A stretch of 64,000 nt of DNA from an uncultured Acidimicrobiia bacterium. Its GTDB lineage: Bacteria > Acidobacteriota > Terriglobia > Versatilivoradales > Versatilivoraceae. The stretch covers positions 64,001-128,000 of the forward strand of contig CAWBAT010000006.1 of the NCBI GenBank assembly GCA_963786955.1, written 5' to 3'. Both the position numbers and the translations under genes were made by a program. The notes below the pieces were generated by a model. It searched no databases and had not been told where the DNA came from. It saw only the letters and a list, made by a program, of their open reading frames with translations. How positions within the stretch are numbered: the first letter of the stretch is position 1; the number at the start of each line of letters is the position of its first letter. Below, piece after piece: positions 54,874-64,000 of this stretch.

Positions 54874-55907
54874 TTATCGGCCGCGAGAGTGACTAACAGA
54901 CGCACCACGGCTTTGTACCGCACTCCCCGAAGCTGCCAGAACGGGATGTGGAAGATGTTGACGGAGAGCGGGTCGGACTGGGTTGAGTACATAGTGGGAC
55001 GCTGCGATCCGGTCCCTCCGGTATTTCCCTGTGACGCAGTTCCCCGCCTCCCCATATCCTCGATAGAGTCGATAAGGATTGTAGCCTAGGTAGGAGAACC
55101 CGTAAGGAGAATAATAATTTGAGCCAAAAGGAATGAAGGTGAACATCTGAAAGAAAGGATCGAAATACCAGCCGCCTCGAAAACCACGTTGACGCGTAGG
55201 ATGAATACCAGGAATTCGACGCCCATGAGGAAGAGCGGTCGCTGGCCGCGACCAGATACTGAGCCCGGCGCATGCTCCAATTGTCGAGGTTATCCACTTG
55301 TTCTTTGCGGATATTTGCATACTGGAGCTCACCACCCGCCGAACTGACCGGGAGCTGAAAGCGCTTGCCGGACTTCAATGTTACTTGGGGCTTGCCTTCG
55401 GGCAGCCACTGAGCCTTGCCCCGACGAATCAGCGACATCCACTGCGTCTGTTCCGGATCTGCTTCAAAACGGTAGAGACCCTCTTTCTGGATGGCTATTT
55501 CGCCGGCGGCCGTCTCAATTCTCAGAGCGTGAACTTTCTTGTCGAAAACTGCGGACTCTACAATGACTGTCCCTTTGTCTAACGCAACCCTCACATTATC
55601 CAGTTTCGTTTCATTGATCCGCACAATGGAGTTCTCCGCCACTCGCAGGTAGCTTCCCGGGTTCAGCAAAATTTCAACCCGGTCCATTTGTCCCGTTTCG
55701 ATCCGACTCATGGGTTGGATCATGGTGCGGGACAACAGGGGTTTGCTTATCGACTGCTCTGCCGTGAAAATAACGGGATTCCCATCAACATGGTTTACTA
55801 GCCCTGCCCGCGCCCCAATAAATTAATGAAGGGTCGTCACCCAGAAGCCGGGATGCAGAGAACCCAAACCAGAAAAGAAGAAAAACCGAGATGGTTCTTG
55901 CATTCAT
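54874..55907 (-). CDS. Secreted FecR-domain-like protein, frameshifted; start uncertain
   Basis: IGARAGLVNHVDG, RVEILLNPGSYLRVAENS, GLYRFE, DNLDNWSMRR, aromatic/Gly-rich tail GGWYFDPFF. Confidence 0.7.
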
Positions 55908-56151
55908 AGAAACCAACCGGATTTTTGGTTAGGGCGAGGGATCGACTCATGGGATAGTTCATTTTCATTATACCCCCTCCCCTTGCCAAATCAACGGAAT
56001 AAAGATCTATGTGACATGGCCTTCCTCAATAAATCCTCTTATCCGTCCCAGTTGGGGTTAGATGCACTCAGTATTCAAAAGGTTAGCGGGGTTTTTAAGG
56101 GATAATTAGACCTGCCCTTGGTGTTCTCGATCCGTTTCTGGCGGGAGGCTA

Positions 56152-57309
56152 TTAGTAGAGGAACATGGGTTTCCCGTCGACATTCCTGACCTTGGGGCGG
56201 TACTGTTCCTGGTCATACAATTCTTCGACGTCCACTCGCTTCAGGCCTTGAGACACAATGCTCATTGGGACATTGGTGTAAATCCCGTTCTTCATCGCCA
56301 TCATCTTTCCAAACTGTTTCTTCAAGATGAGTGACATGGCCATGTTCGCGTAGTTGAGGGAGACCATCAGGTCGAGAGCATCCGGCGCGCCACTTCGCAT
56401 CAAATAGGATAGTGGCTGGTAAATAATGCTCTGGCCGGTCAGGTTTTTCAGAACTTCGCCTAGCTGAGCGCCGATCCCGCCTAACTTTCGATGGCCATAG
56501 GCATCGGCCTCCCCGGATTCAACGATCACTCCGCCCACCATCTGAGCCCCTTCTGAGATGGTCACCATGGCGTAATTGCTCGGATTGGAGTTTTTGTCTT
56601 CCATCACGAGTTTGGACAGTTTCTCGGGGTTGAAAGGGACTTCCGAAATGATCGCGCGGTCCACGCCGGCCAGGTAGGAGGAAATCAGAGAGGTTTCGCC
56701 GCTGTTTCGCCCAAAAAGTTCCACTACGGCGATCCTTTCATGCGATCCTGCCGAGGTTCTTAGCTGATGCAGAAAATTGACGCTCCGGGTCACAGCAGTC
56801 GAGAAGCCAATACAATAATCCGTCCCGAAGACGTCGTTGTCCATGGTCTTCGGGATCGCAACGACCGGAAATTTTTCTTTGTGCAATCGCTCTCCATAAC
56901 TCAACGTGTCATCGCCTCCGATCACGATCATCACGTCAATCGCCAGCCGCGCCAGATTGCTGAGAACATGCGGCGTAAAATCGCGAACTCCAGCTGCCTT
57001 GGGGTTCCAATCGGGTCCTCGTAGAAACTCCGGTGTGTCGGCAATCTTCACGTTCGAAGGATTGGTACGGGAGGTATGAAGGAAAGTTCCTCCGCTGCGG
57101 TCAATTGTACGCACCACATTGGTGTCGAGCTTGATGGTGCACTTTGCCATAGAGTTAGGATCATCCGGGTTTAAGTGGAGCAGTCCCCACCAACCCCGGC
57201 GGATGCCAGTTACCGAAATTCCCTCAGCTTCCGCCCGATTCACAACCGCTTTAATACAGGGATTCAAGCCCGGGACGTCCCCCCCTCCGGTTAAAATGCC
57301 AATACGCAT
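56152..57309 (-). CDS. pfkA: 6-phosphofructokinase (PfkA family) with PPi-type signature
   Basis: [37 protein letters not shown]; intact 385 aa. Confidence 0.92.
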   Translation of the reverse strand: MRIGILTGGGDVPGLNPCIKAVVNRAEAEGISVTGIRRGWWGLLHLNPDDPNSMAKCTIKLDTNVVRTIDRSGGTFLHTSRTNPSNVKIADTPEFLRGPDWNPKAAGVRDFTPHVLSNLARLAIDVMIVIGGDDTLSYGERLHKEKFPVVAIPKTMDNDVFGTDYCIGFSTAVTRSVNFLHQLRTSAGSHERIAVVELFGRNSGETSLISSYLAGVDRAIISEVPFNPEKLSKLVMEDKNSNPSNYAMVTISEGAQMVGGVIVESGEADAYGHRKLGGIGAQLGEVLKNLTGQSIIYQPLSYLMRSGAPDALDLMVSLNYANMAMSLILKKQFGKMMAMKNGIYTNVPMSIVSQGLKRVDVEELYDQEQYRPKVRNVDGKPMFLY

Positions 57310-57451
57310 GCGTCTCTCCTTATGACACTATGAAATGAGTTGAATGGTTAAAGACAGCCAAACAGGCAGGCCAACACATCCTGTTCGCATTCTAGCATCG
57401 AATCCTCGATCGTCCGCCTGCCTGATCGAGGAGTCCACGTTATTTCCTGCC

Positions 57452-60233
57452 TTATTTCTTTTTCCCTTTTCCCTTTTTCTTGGCCGTTTTTGATTTCTTG
57501 GGCGCCTGGCTTTTGCTTGCTGCTTTTTCGCGAAGTGCCGCGCGGGCTGCGGCCAGACGCGCAATAGGAACGCGGAATGGAGAACAGCTGACATAATCCA
57601 GGCCGATCGTATGGCAGAACTCGACACTGGAAGGCTCGCCTCCGTGCTCACCGCAGATCCCGATCTTCAGCTTTGGCCGCGTGACTCTCCCCTTTTCCAC
57701 GGCAATCTTCATGAGTGCGCCGACCCCGTCCTGGTCAATAGCCTCAAACGGATCCTTGGGATAAATATCCAGCTGAACATACGGAACAAGAAATCTGCCG
57801 GAATCATCCCGGCTAATCCCCAAGGTTGTCTGGGTGAGGTCATTGGTTCCAAAACTAAAGAATTCGGCAGTCATGGCAATCTTGTCGGCTGTAATGGCCC
57901 CTCGAGGAATTTCGATCATTGTTCCGACTAAGTAGGGAAATTTTATTTTCTGTTGCTTCATCACTTCCTCTGCAACTTTGTGAACAATGGCAGATTGATT
58001 GTCTAGTTCTTTGATATGGCCAACCAGCGGAATCATGACTTCCGGTTCGACTTTAGTCCCCTTCTTGCGGACATTCGCGGCAGCCTCAAAGATAGCCCGG
58101 GCCTGCATTTCGGTAATTTCGGGATACACGATGCCCAGGCGGCAACCACGGAAACCGAGCATTGGGTTGAATTCATGGAGCGACTCAACCCGCTGCTTGA
58201 CCTTTTCGTAAGGAATACCCATCTCGGCGGCTAATTCTCTCTGCGCCTCCTCTTCATGGGGAACAAATTCATGCAGGGGGGGATCGATCGTCCGGATGGT
58301 TACTGGCCTTCCCGCCATGACTTCAAAGATTCCTTCAAAATCCGCCCGCTGCAAGGGGAGTAACTTCTCCAGAGCCTGACGACGCGCTTCCAGTGTGTCC
58401 GATAGGATCATTTCCCGCATGGGACCAATCTTTCCCTCCCCAAAAAACATATGTTCGGTCCGGCATAACCCGATTCCTTCAGCCCCAAAGGCAATGGCCG
58501 TGGCGGCCTGGTCGGGCTGGTCGGCGTTGGTCCGAATTTTAAGGGATCGATAACGGTCCGCCCATTTCATGATCTTGGCGTACTCCTGATAGACAGCAGA
58601 CTGAGCCGGATCGAGAGACTTTCCAATCACAACTTGTAAGACTTCCGAAGGCTTGGTTTTGAGTTCGCCAAAGATGACTTCGCCGGTGGAACCATCAATC
58701 GAAATATAGTCTCCTTCCCGTACCAGCTGGTTTCCTGCTTTCATCTCCCGTCTGGCATAATCAATATTCAAAGCGGCGCACCCCGCCACGCAGACCTTTC
58801 CCATCTGACGCGCAACCAGCGCAGCGTGAGAGGTTGCGCCTCCGCGGGCGGTCAGGATTCCTTCAGCGGCATCCATCCCTTTGATGTCTTCGGGAGACGT
58901 TTCAATCCGGGTCAGGATGACCCGTTCGCCACGTTTCTTCCATTCTTCCGCATCGGGCGCATTAAATACAACGCGGCCGCAAGCGGCACCAGGTCCTGCA
59001 TTCAGGCCTTTTGCCAGAAGCCGACCCTCTTCAATCGCCTTCTTTTTTTCAACGGTGTCAAAGATCGGTCGCAGTAATTGATTGAGCTGATCCGGCTCAA
59101 TGCGCAACAAAGCTTCTTTTTCGGAAATGAGTTTCTCATCCACCATATCCACGGCGATCTTGATCGCTGCAAAAGCCGTTCTTTTTCCTACCCGGCACTG
59201 CAGCATGTAGAGCTTTCCCTGTTGGATGGTGAATTCAATGTCGAGCATGTCGCGGTAATGCTCTTCCAAAATCCTGCGGACTTTATCCAGCTGCCGATAG
59301 ACCTTGGGATTTTCTTTCGCCAATTCCTGGATGGGCTTCGGTGTCCTCGCACCCGAGACGACATCTTCACCTTGCGCATTATTGAGGTATTCTCCGTAGA
59401 AAATATCTGCCCCGGTCGCGGCATCGCGGGTAAAGGCAACACCGGAACCGGAATCTTCTCCCATGTTCCCGAAAACCATGGTTTGCACATTGACGGCAGT
59501 CCCCCAAGAAGCGGGAATATCGTTCATTTTCCGGTAGGCGATGGCTCTTTCATTCATCCAGGAGCTAAACACTGCCCCAACGGATCCCCAGAGCTGCTCG
59601 TAGGGGTCATTGGGAAAATCAATGTTCAAGCGGGCCTTGATGGCTTTTTTAAATCGTCTGACTAATTCCTGTAGATCACTGGTTTCAAGTTCTGTATCCA
59701 GTTGAACTCTCTTTTGCTTTTTGACTTCCTCGATGATGTGTTCAAAAGGATCAATCTCATCTTTGTGCTGCGGCTTCAGTCCCAATACAACGTCACCGTA
59801 CATTTGTACGAAGCGGCGGTAAGAATCCCAGGCAAAGCGCTCATTGCCCGTTTTTTGAATCAACCCCTGAATGGTGTTGTCACTCAACCCAAGATTCAGG
59901 ATCGTGTCCATCATGCCGGGCATCGACGCGCGCGCTCCGGACCGGACAGAAATGAGCAAAGGGTTTTTCGCATTGCCAAATTTCATTCCCAGAGATTTCT
60001 CGAGTTTGCGAAGCGCGTCTTCCACTTGCTTAGAAAGCTCCTTGGGATACTTTTTTCTTGTTGGCATAGTAGTAAGTACAGACTTCCGTGGAGATCGTGA
60101 ATCCGGGGGGCACAGGGAGTCCAATATTGGTCATCTCTGCGAGGTTGGCGCCCTTTCCGCCCAGCAGCCCTTTCATGTCAGCCTTTCCATCTGCTTTTCC
60201 ATCGCCGAAGTAGTAAACGTATTTATTTCCCAT
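57452..60233 (-). CDS. ppdK: Pyruvate, phosphate dikinase, one frameshift at a T-run near 60055
   Basis: [28 protein letters not shown], phospho-His motif [31 protein letters not shown]. Confidence 0.96.
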
Positions 60234-60298
60234 TTCGTATAAGCCTCTCCTTTTTTGAATCAATCAAATAGATGGACACCGACACAGCGATGCGGTCG

Positions 60299-62407
60299 TC
60301 ACGCCGACATGGCCCCTGTGTTCAAGACGACTTCTGAAACGTCAGCCACTCGATAGAAGACCGCAAGCAAACTCCCTAATAGAGATAAACGGTTTCTCTG
60401 GACCTCTGGATTTTCTGCCATCACAAGAACCTTATCGAAAAACAGGTCAATGGCAGGTCTCAGCGAGGCCATCAACTCGAATGCTTTTCGATACTCATGT
60501 TTAGCTGCTGCTCGTTTCACCTTTGGTTTAATCTGGTCCACGAGCCGTCCCAATACCCTCTCTTCCTCTGTTTCGAAGAGTGAAGGATCAACCGTAAAGG
60601 TCGAATCCATCTGCAGCCCTGCTTTTAAAACGATATTCTTCATTCTCTTAAAGCTCATGGAAACTGCATAAAAGTCTTCGCTTTCGCGCATGGCCGAAAT
60701 CGCGGAAATTTTTTCAAGGCATTCCAATGGGTTATCGACTCCTATCTCAACAATTGCATTAATCTCGTCATAGCGATAACCCATCTCCTTGAAGATGTTC
60801 CGCAATCGCTCTTTGAAAAATAGATGGAGATCGGCCCGGACGTCTTCATAACTCCGCTTAGCCTTCTTACGCACCAACGCAAAGGCCTTTCGAAAAAGAG
60901 CCTCCAGAGAGATACTCAACCTCTTGTTGAGAATTAGATTCAGAATCCCAAGAGTCTGGCGCCGAAGTCCTTGGGGGTCTTTGGATCCAGAAGGAACCCA
61001 TCCCACCGAGAATAGTCCGACAATCGTATCCAGTTTGTCGGCGATCGAAAGGACCGTGCCTCCGGCGCTCTGCGGAGGCTTGTCTTCCCAAGAGTTGGGT
61101 CGGTAGTGCTCATAAATCGCAGTGGCAGCCGTCTCGCACACTCCTTGGGCCTTGGAGTAAAGCCCCCCCATGATACCCTGCAGATCCGTGAACTCCTTGA
61201 CCATTTCTGTCGCTAAATCCGTCTTGCACAGCCGCGCGGCGAGGCGCAGGTCGGCAGCTTTTTCAGAACAGCGGAGTAGACGGGCGAGCGGTCCGACCAG
61301 ACTCACCAGCCTTTGGGTTTTCTCAAACAGGGTCCCGAGGTCAGAATGAAAAACAATCTTCTTAAGTTCCTCAACCCGCGACTCCAAAGGGATGTGGCTA
61401 TCCACTTCCCAAAAGAAACTGGCATCTTCCAGCCGGGCTTTCAAGACCCGCTCATGGCCCGATACGATGGACGCCTCAAATCTTGGATCCGCGTCCACCA
61501 CGGCCAGAAATTTGGGAATGAGCTGGTCCGCCGAATCCAGTATCGAGAAATACTTCTGGTGCTCCCTCATCACCGTCACCAGCACTTCTTGAGGAAGGCG
61601 GAGAAACCTGGGGTCAAAACCGCCTGAGACAACCGATGGGGACTCATGCAGATGGGTTACCTGGTCTAAAAGGCCTACGTCCTGGAGAAGCCTGGACGAA
61701 TGGCGGTTACAGGTCGCATCAAGGTCTTTCTGTATCCCCGTGCGCCGCTTTTCTTGATTAATCTCAACCGATAGGCCCTTTAATTTCTGGTAATAATCAC
61801 CAAAATGATTCACCGTTACTTTATGGTTATTGGCGAGGAACCGGTGGCCAAAAGTAAAGTTTGAAGATTCTATCCCCGCGACAGAAAAAGTAACCACCTC
61901 TCCACCCAGCAGACACAATATCCAGCGAATGGGCCTGACAAAAACAAAGCGAGATTTTTCCCAGCGCATCCCTTTTGGAAATTCCAGCTCACCGAGCAGT
62001 TGCGGTAAGGCCTCCCTGAGCAGATCGATCGTTTGCACGCCCGGGACTTTTTTCTCAAAGCCCAAGTATTTTCCTTTGGCAGTGTCGACAACCTGGACTT
62101 GATCCAAAGCGACCTGGTATTTATTGGCGAACCCTAGGGCTGCCTTGGTCGGCTGCCCTTCGGAGTCGTAAGAGGCTGAAAAGGGTGGACCCGTGACGGA
62201 CTCACTGCGATCGGGCTGTTTCTCAGTCACTTGTTCAATCACAATGACCAGTCGACGAGGTGTGCCATAAAGCTGAGGCGGTAGATGAGAGACCGTGCTC
62301 TCATCGAGTCTGCCCGATATCTTCGAGCCAAGTTGCTCAAGAAGGGATGGAATCAGGCGGGCGGGGATTTCCTCACAACCCACTTCAAATAAGAATTCCA
62401 AACTCAA
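60299..62407 (-). CDS. glyS: Glycine--tRNA ligase beta subunit
   Basis: FLFEVGCEEIP, TPRRL, FVRPIRW, EFTDLQG, GSKDPQGLRR, FFDKVLVM..RNRL. Confidence 0.95.
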   Translation of the reverse strand: MSLEFLFEVGCEEIPARLIPSLLEQLGSKISGRLDESTVSHLPPQLYGTPRRLVIVIEQVTEKQPDRSESVTGPPFSASYDSEGQPTKAALGFANKYQVALDQVQVVDTAKGKYLGFEKKVPGVQTIDLLREALPQLLGELEFPKGMRWEKSRFVFVRPIRWILCLLGGEVVTFSVAGIESSNFTFGHRFLANNHKVTVNHFGDYYQKLKGLSVEINQEKRRTGIQKDLDATCNRHSSRLLQDVGLLDQVTHLHESPSVVSGGFDPRFLRLPQEVLVTVMREHQKYFSILDSADQLIPKFLAVVDADPRFEASIVSGHERVLKARLEDASFFWEVDSHIPLESRVEELKKIVFHSDLGTLFEKTQRLVSLVGPLARLLRCSEKAADLRLAARLCKTDLATEMVKEFTDLQGIMGGLYSKAQGVCETAATAIYEHYRPNSWEDKPPQSAGGTVLSIADKLDTIVGLFSVGWVPSGSKDPQGLRRQTLGILNLILNKRLSISLEALFRKAFALVRKKAKRSYEDVRADLHLFFKERLRNIFKEMGYRYDEINAIVEIGVDNPLECLEKISAISAMRESEDFYAVSMSFKRMKNIVLKAGLQMDSTFTVDPSLFETEEERVLGRLVDQIKPKVKRAAAKHEYRKAFELMASLRPAIDLFFDKVLVMAENPEVQRNRLSLLGSLLAVFYRVADVSEVVLNTGAMSA

Positions 62408-62461
62408 CTATTTCAATCTCCCATTTAAAAAATATAAAGTGTTACTTTATATAAGAGCGGG

Positions 62462-63332
62462 TTATATTCGTGAAACCTCAGTACCCTCCCCCTGCGATTG
62501 GAGGGAGAGTGCGGCAACTTTGCAGGCCAAGTTACGAACCCGTTGAATCATCCTGGCGCGCTCAGAAACACTGATGGCCCCGCGCGCATCGAGAATGTTA
62601 AAGACATGTGAGCACTTAAGACAATAATCGTAGGCAGGCAGGAATAATCCTTCTTCCAGCAGGCGAGCCGCTTCTGTCTCATACTGCTCAAACCAACTGA
62701 AATGAAGTTTCACATCGGCCGACTCGAAATAGTATTTCGAGAACTGCCTTTCATCTTCATAGCGGATACTCCGGTAACTGTGTTTCTGGTTCCAGGGCAA
62801 TTCGAAACAGTTATCGATATTATTCAGGAACATTGCGATTCGCTCCAGGCCATAGGTCAACTCTACCGAGCACGGCTCCAGATCGATGCCTCCCGCTTGC
62901 TGGAAGTAAGTAAACTGGGTAATTTCCAAGCCGTCGAGCAGAACCTGCCATCCCACTCCCCATGCTCCCAAAGTAGGCGACTCCCAGTTATCCTCTTCAA
63001 ATCGGATATCATGTGCCTGAAGACGAATCCCGATCTCCTCCAAACTATTCAGATACACTGCCTGAATATCCGCTGGAGAGGGCTTCATGATCACTTGCAG
63101 TTGATGGTGCTTTCTCTAAGCGATTAGGGTTTTCACCATAACGGCCATCGGCAGGCCGGCGGCTAGGTTCAACATAAGCCACCGCATAAGGCTTGGGACC
63201 GAGCACGCGCAGGAAAGTTTCGGGATTCATAGTCCCGGCACCTTTTTCCACATCATAAGGAAGTTGAATCACGCAACCCTTTTCAGCCCAATATCGGAGG
63301 AGTCGCATGAACAGTTCTTGAAACTCCATCAT
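62462..63332 (-). CDS. glyQ: Glycine--tRNA ligase alpha subunit, frameshift near 63110
   Basis: [63 protein letters not shown]. Confidence 0.96.
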
Positions 63333-64000
63333 CGGGGATTAAGATCCTTCCCTTCTGAGCAGCTGCAGGCATTGAAAATGACGCTCAAAATTTGTTTCCA
63401 GCATATCCTCCGCCAGTTCTGAGAGATCAGCGATCGGGCGTGAATCGGTCCATTCATCCATAAATCATCCAACGAATACTGCCGGATCGCGGTCCACAGC
63501 CGATATGCCGGCAACGAGATTCGTCGATCTTGTGAAACACGGCAAGATCCGCACACTAAACCAGTAAAGCCGCTCACAATAAATACCTCCTCAGACCCAG
63601 CAAGAGGTTTCCCACATTTCTGACAGACGCGAGTGGCTGGAAGTAATCCCGCGATTTTCAGGTACCAAACTTTAAAGTACAACCCCGCCAAAGGTCCACG
63701 GTCAGCCTTCTCAAAATGAGGTAAAACTAACAAGAGCAAACGATACAGATCGTCATTGGGTTCACGTTCCGGAGAGGTTTCCAGGAGAATCTCCGCGATC
63801 AGGCTCAAGTGCAGAAAATTCTGATAGGAGGGCAATTTCGCGCCAAACGCATGGAGGAGCTCAACACTTCGAAATTTCACCAACTCCCGTTGTGCCTGCA
63901 TGAGGAGGATAATCTCCACGAGGCCAAAAGGTTCCAACCTGCCTACGTTGTGGCGGGAACCTTGTGCGACACCGGAAACAACCCCACTGATTTTGCCTAG
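63329..64000 (-). CDS. recO: DNA repair protein RecO (5' end outside window)
   Basis: [17 protein letters not shown], Zn-finger CQKC...CGSC, and the usual position upstream of glyQS. Confidence 0.85.
   Translation of the reverse strand, partial: LGKISGVVSGVAQGSRHNVGRLEPFGLVEIILLMQAQRELVKFRSVELLHAFGAKLPSYQNFLHLSLIAEILLETSPEREPNDDLYRLLLLVLPHFEKADRGPLAGLYFKVWYLKIAGLLPATRVCQKCGKPLAGSEEVFIVSGFTGLVCGSCRVSQDRRISLPAYRLWTAIRQYSLDDLWMNGPIHARSLISQNWRRICWKQILSVIFNACSCSEGKDLNPR

Noticed and set aside
54265-54896. Short ORFs in the pfkB / FecR-like spacer
   Set aside because: They consist of REP palindromes and show no coding signal.
1-64000. Widespread pseudogenisation or programmed frameshifting
   Set aside because: Breaks are scattered 1-bp indels, several at homopolymers, and hit normally essential genes (glyQ, ribF) while motifs stay intact on both sides. 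Sequencing error is the simpler explanation.

Overview
Bacterial chromosomal window, most likely from an Acidobacteriota-like organism (inferred from gene content such as DUF1844, a DUF1549/1553-DUF1501 pair and Acidobacteria-type secreted proteins). Many genes are split by 1-bp indels, including normally essential ones (glyQ, ribF), which points to uncorrected long-read errors rather than decay. Core blocks: a Bacillus-type beta-oxidation operon (acyl-CoA ligase, fadN, fadA, fadE); the glycine cleavage operon gcvT-gcvH-gcvPA-gcvPB; ribF with two MacB/FtsX-like permeases; and recO-glyQ-glyS-ppdK-pfk, where the PFK has a PPi-type signature. An accessory mosaic at about 36-48 kb holds a methyltransferase, an R-M gene remnant, a Y1 transposase with long inverted flanks, a truncated rlpA, DUF350, an SLT, an outer-membrane channel gene interrupted by a 186-bp element, two arylsulfatases and a Doc toxin-antitoxin pair. 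Intergenic spaces carry at least seven REP-like palindrome families, one of them flanking a RAYT gene. The best candidate for something undescribed is a putative sigma-54-driven pair of small orphan ORFs at 30.9-31.5 kb, the second with a CxxC...CxxCH motif and missing from the ORF track. I saw no tRNA, rRNA or CRISPR array. All calls come from reading the sequence by eye; no searches were run.
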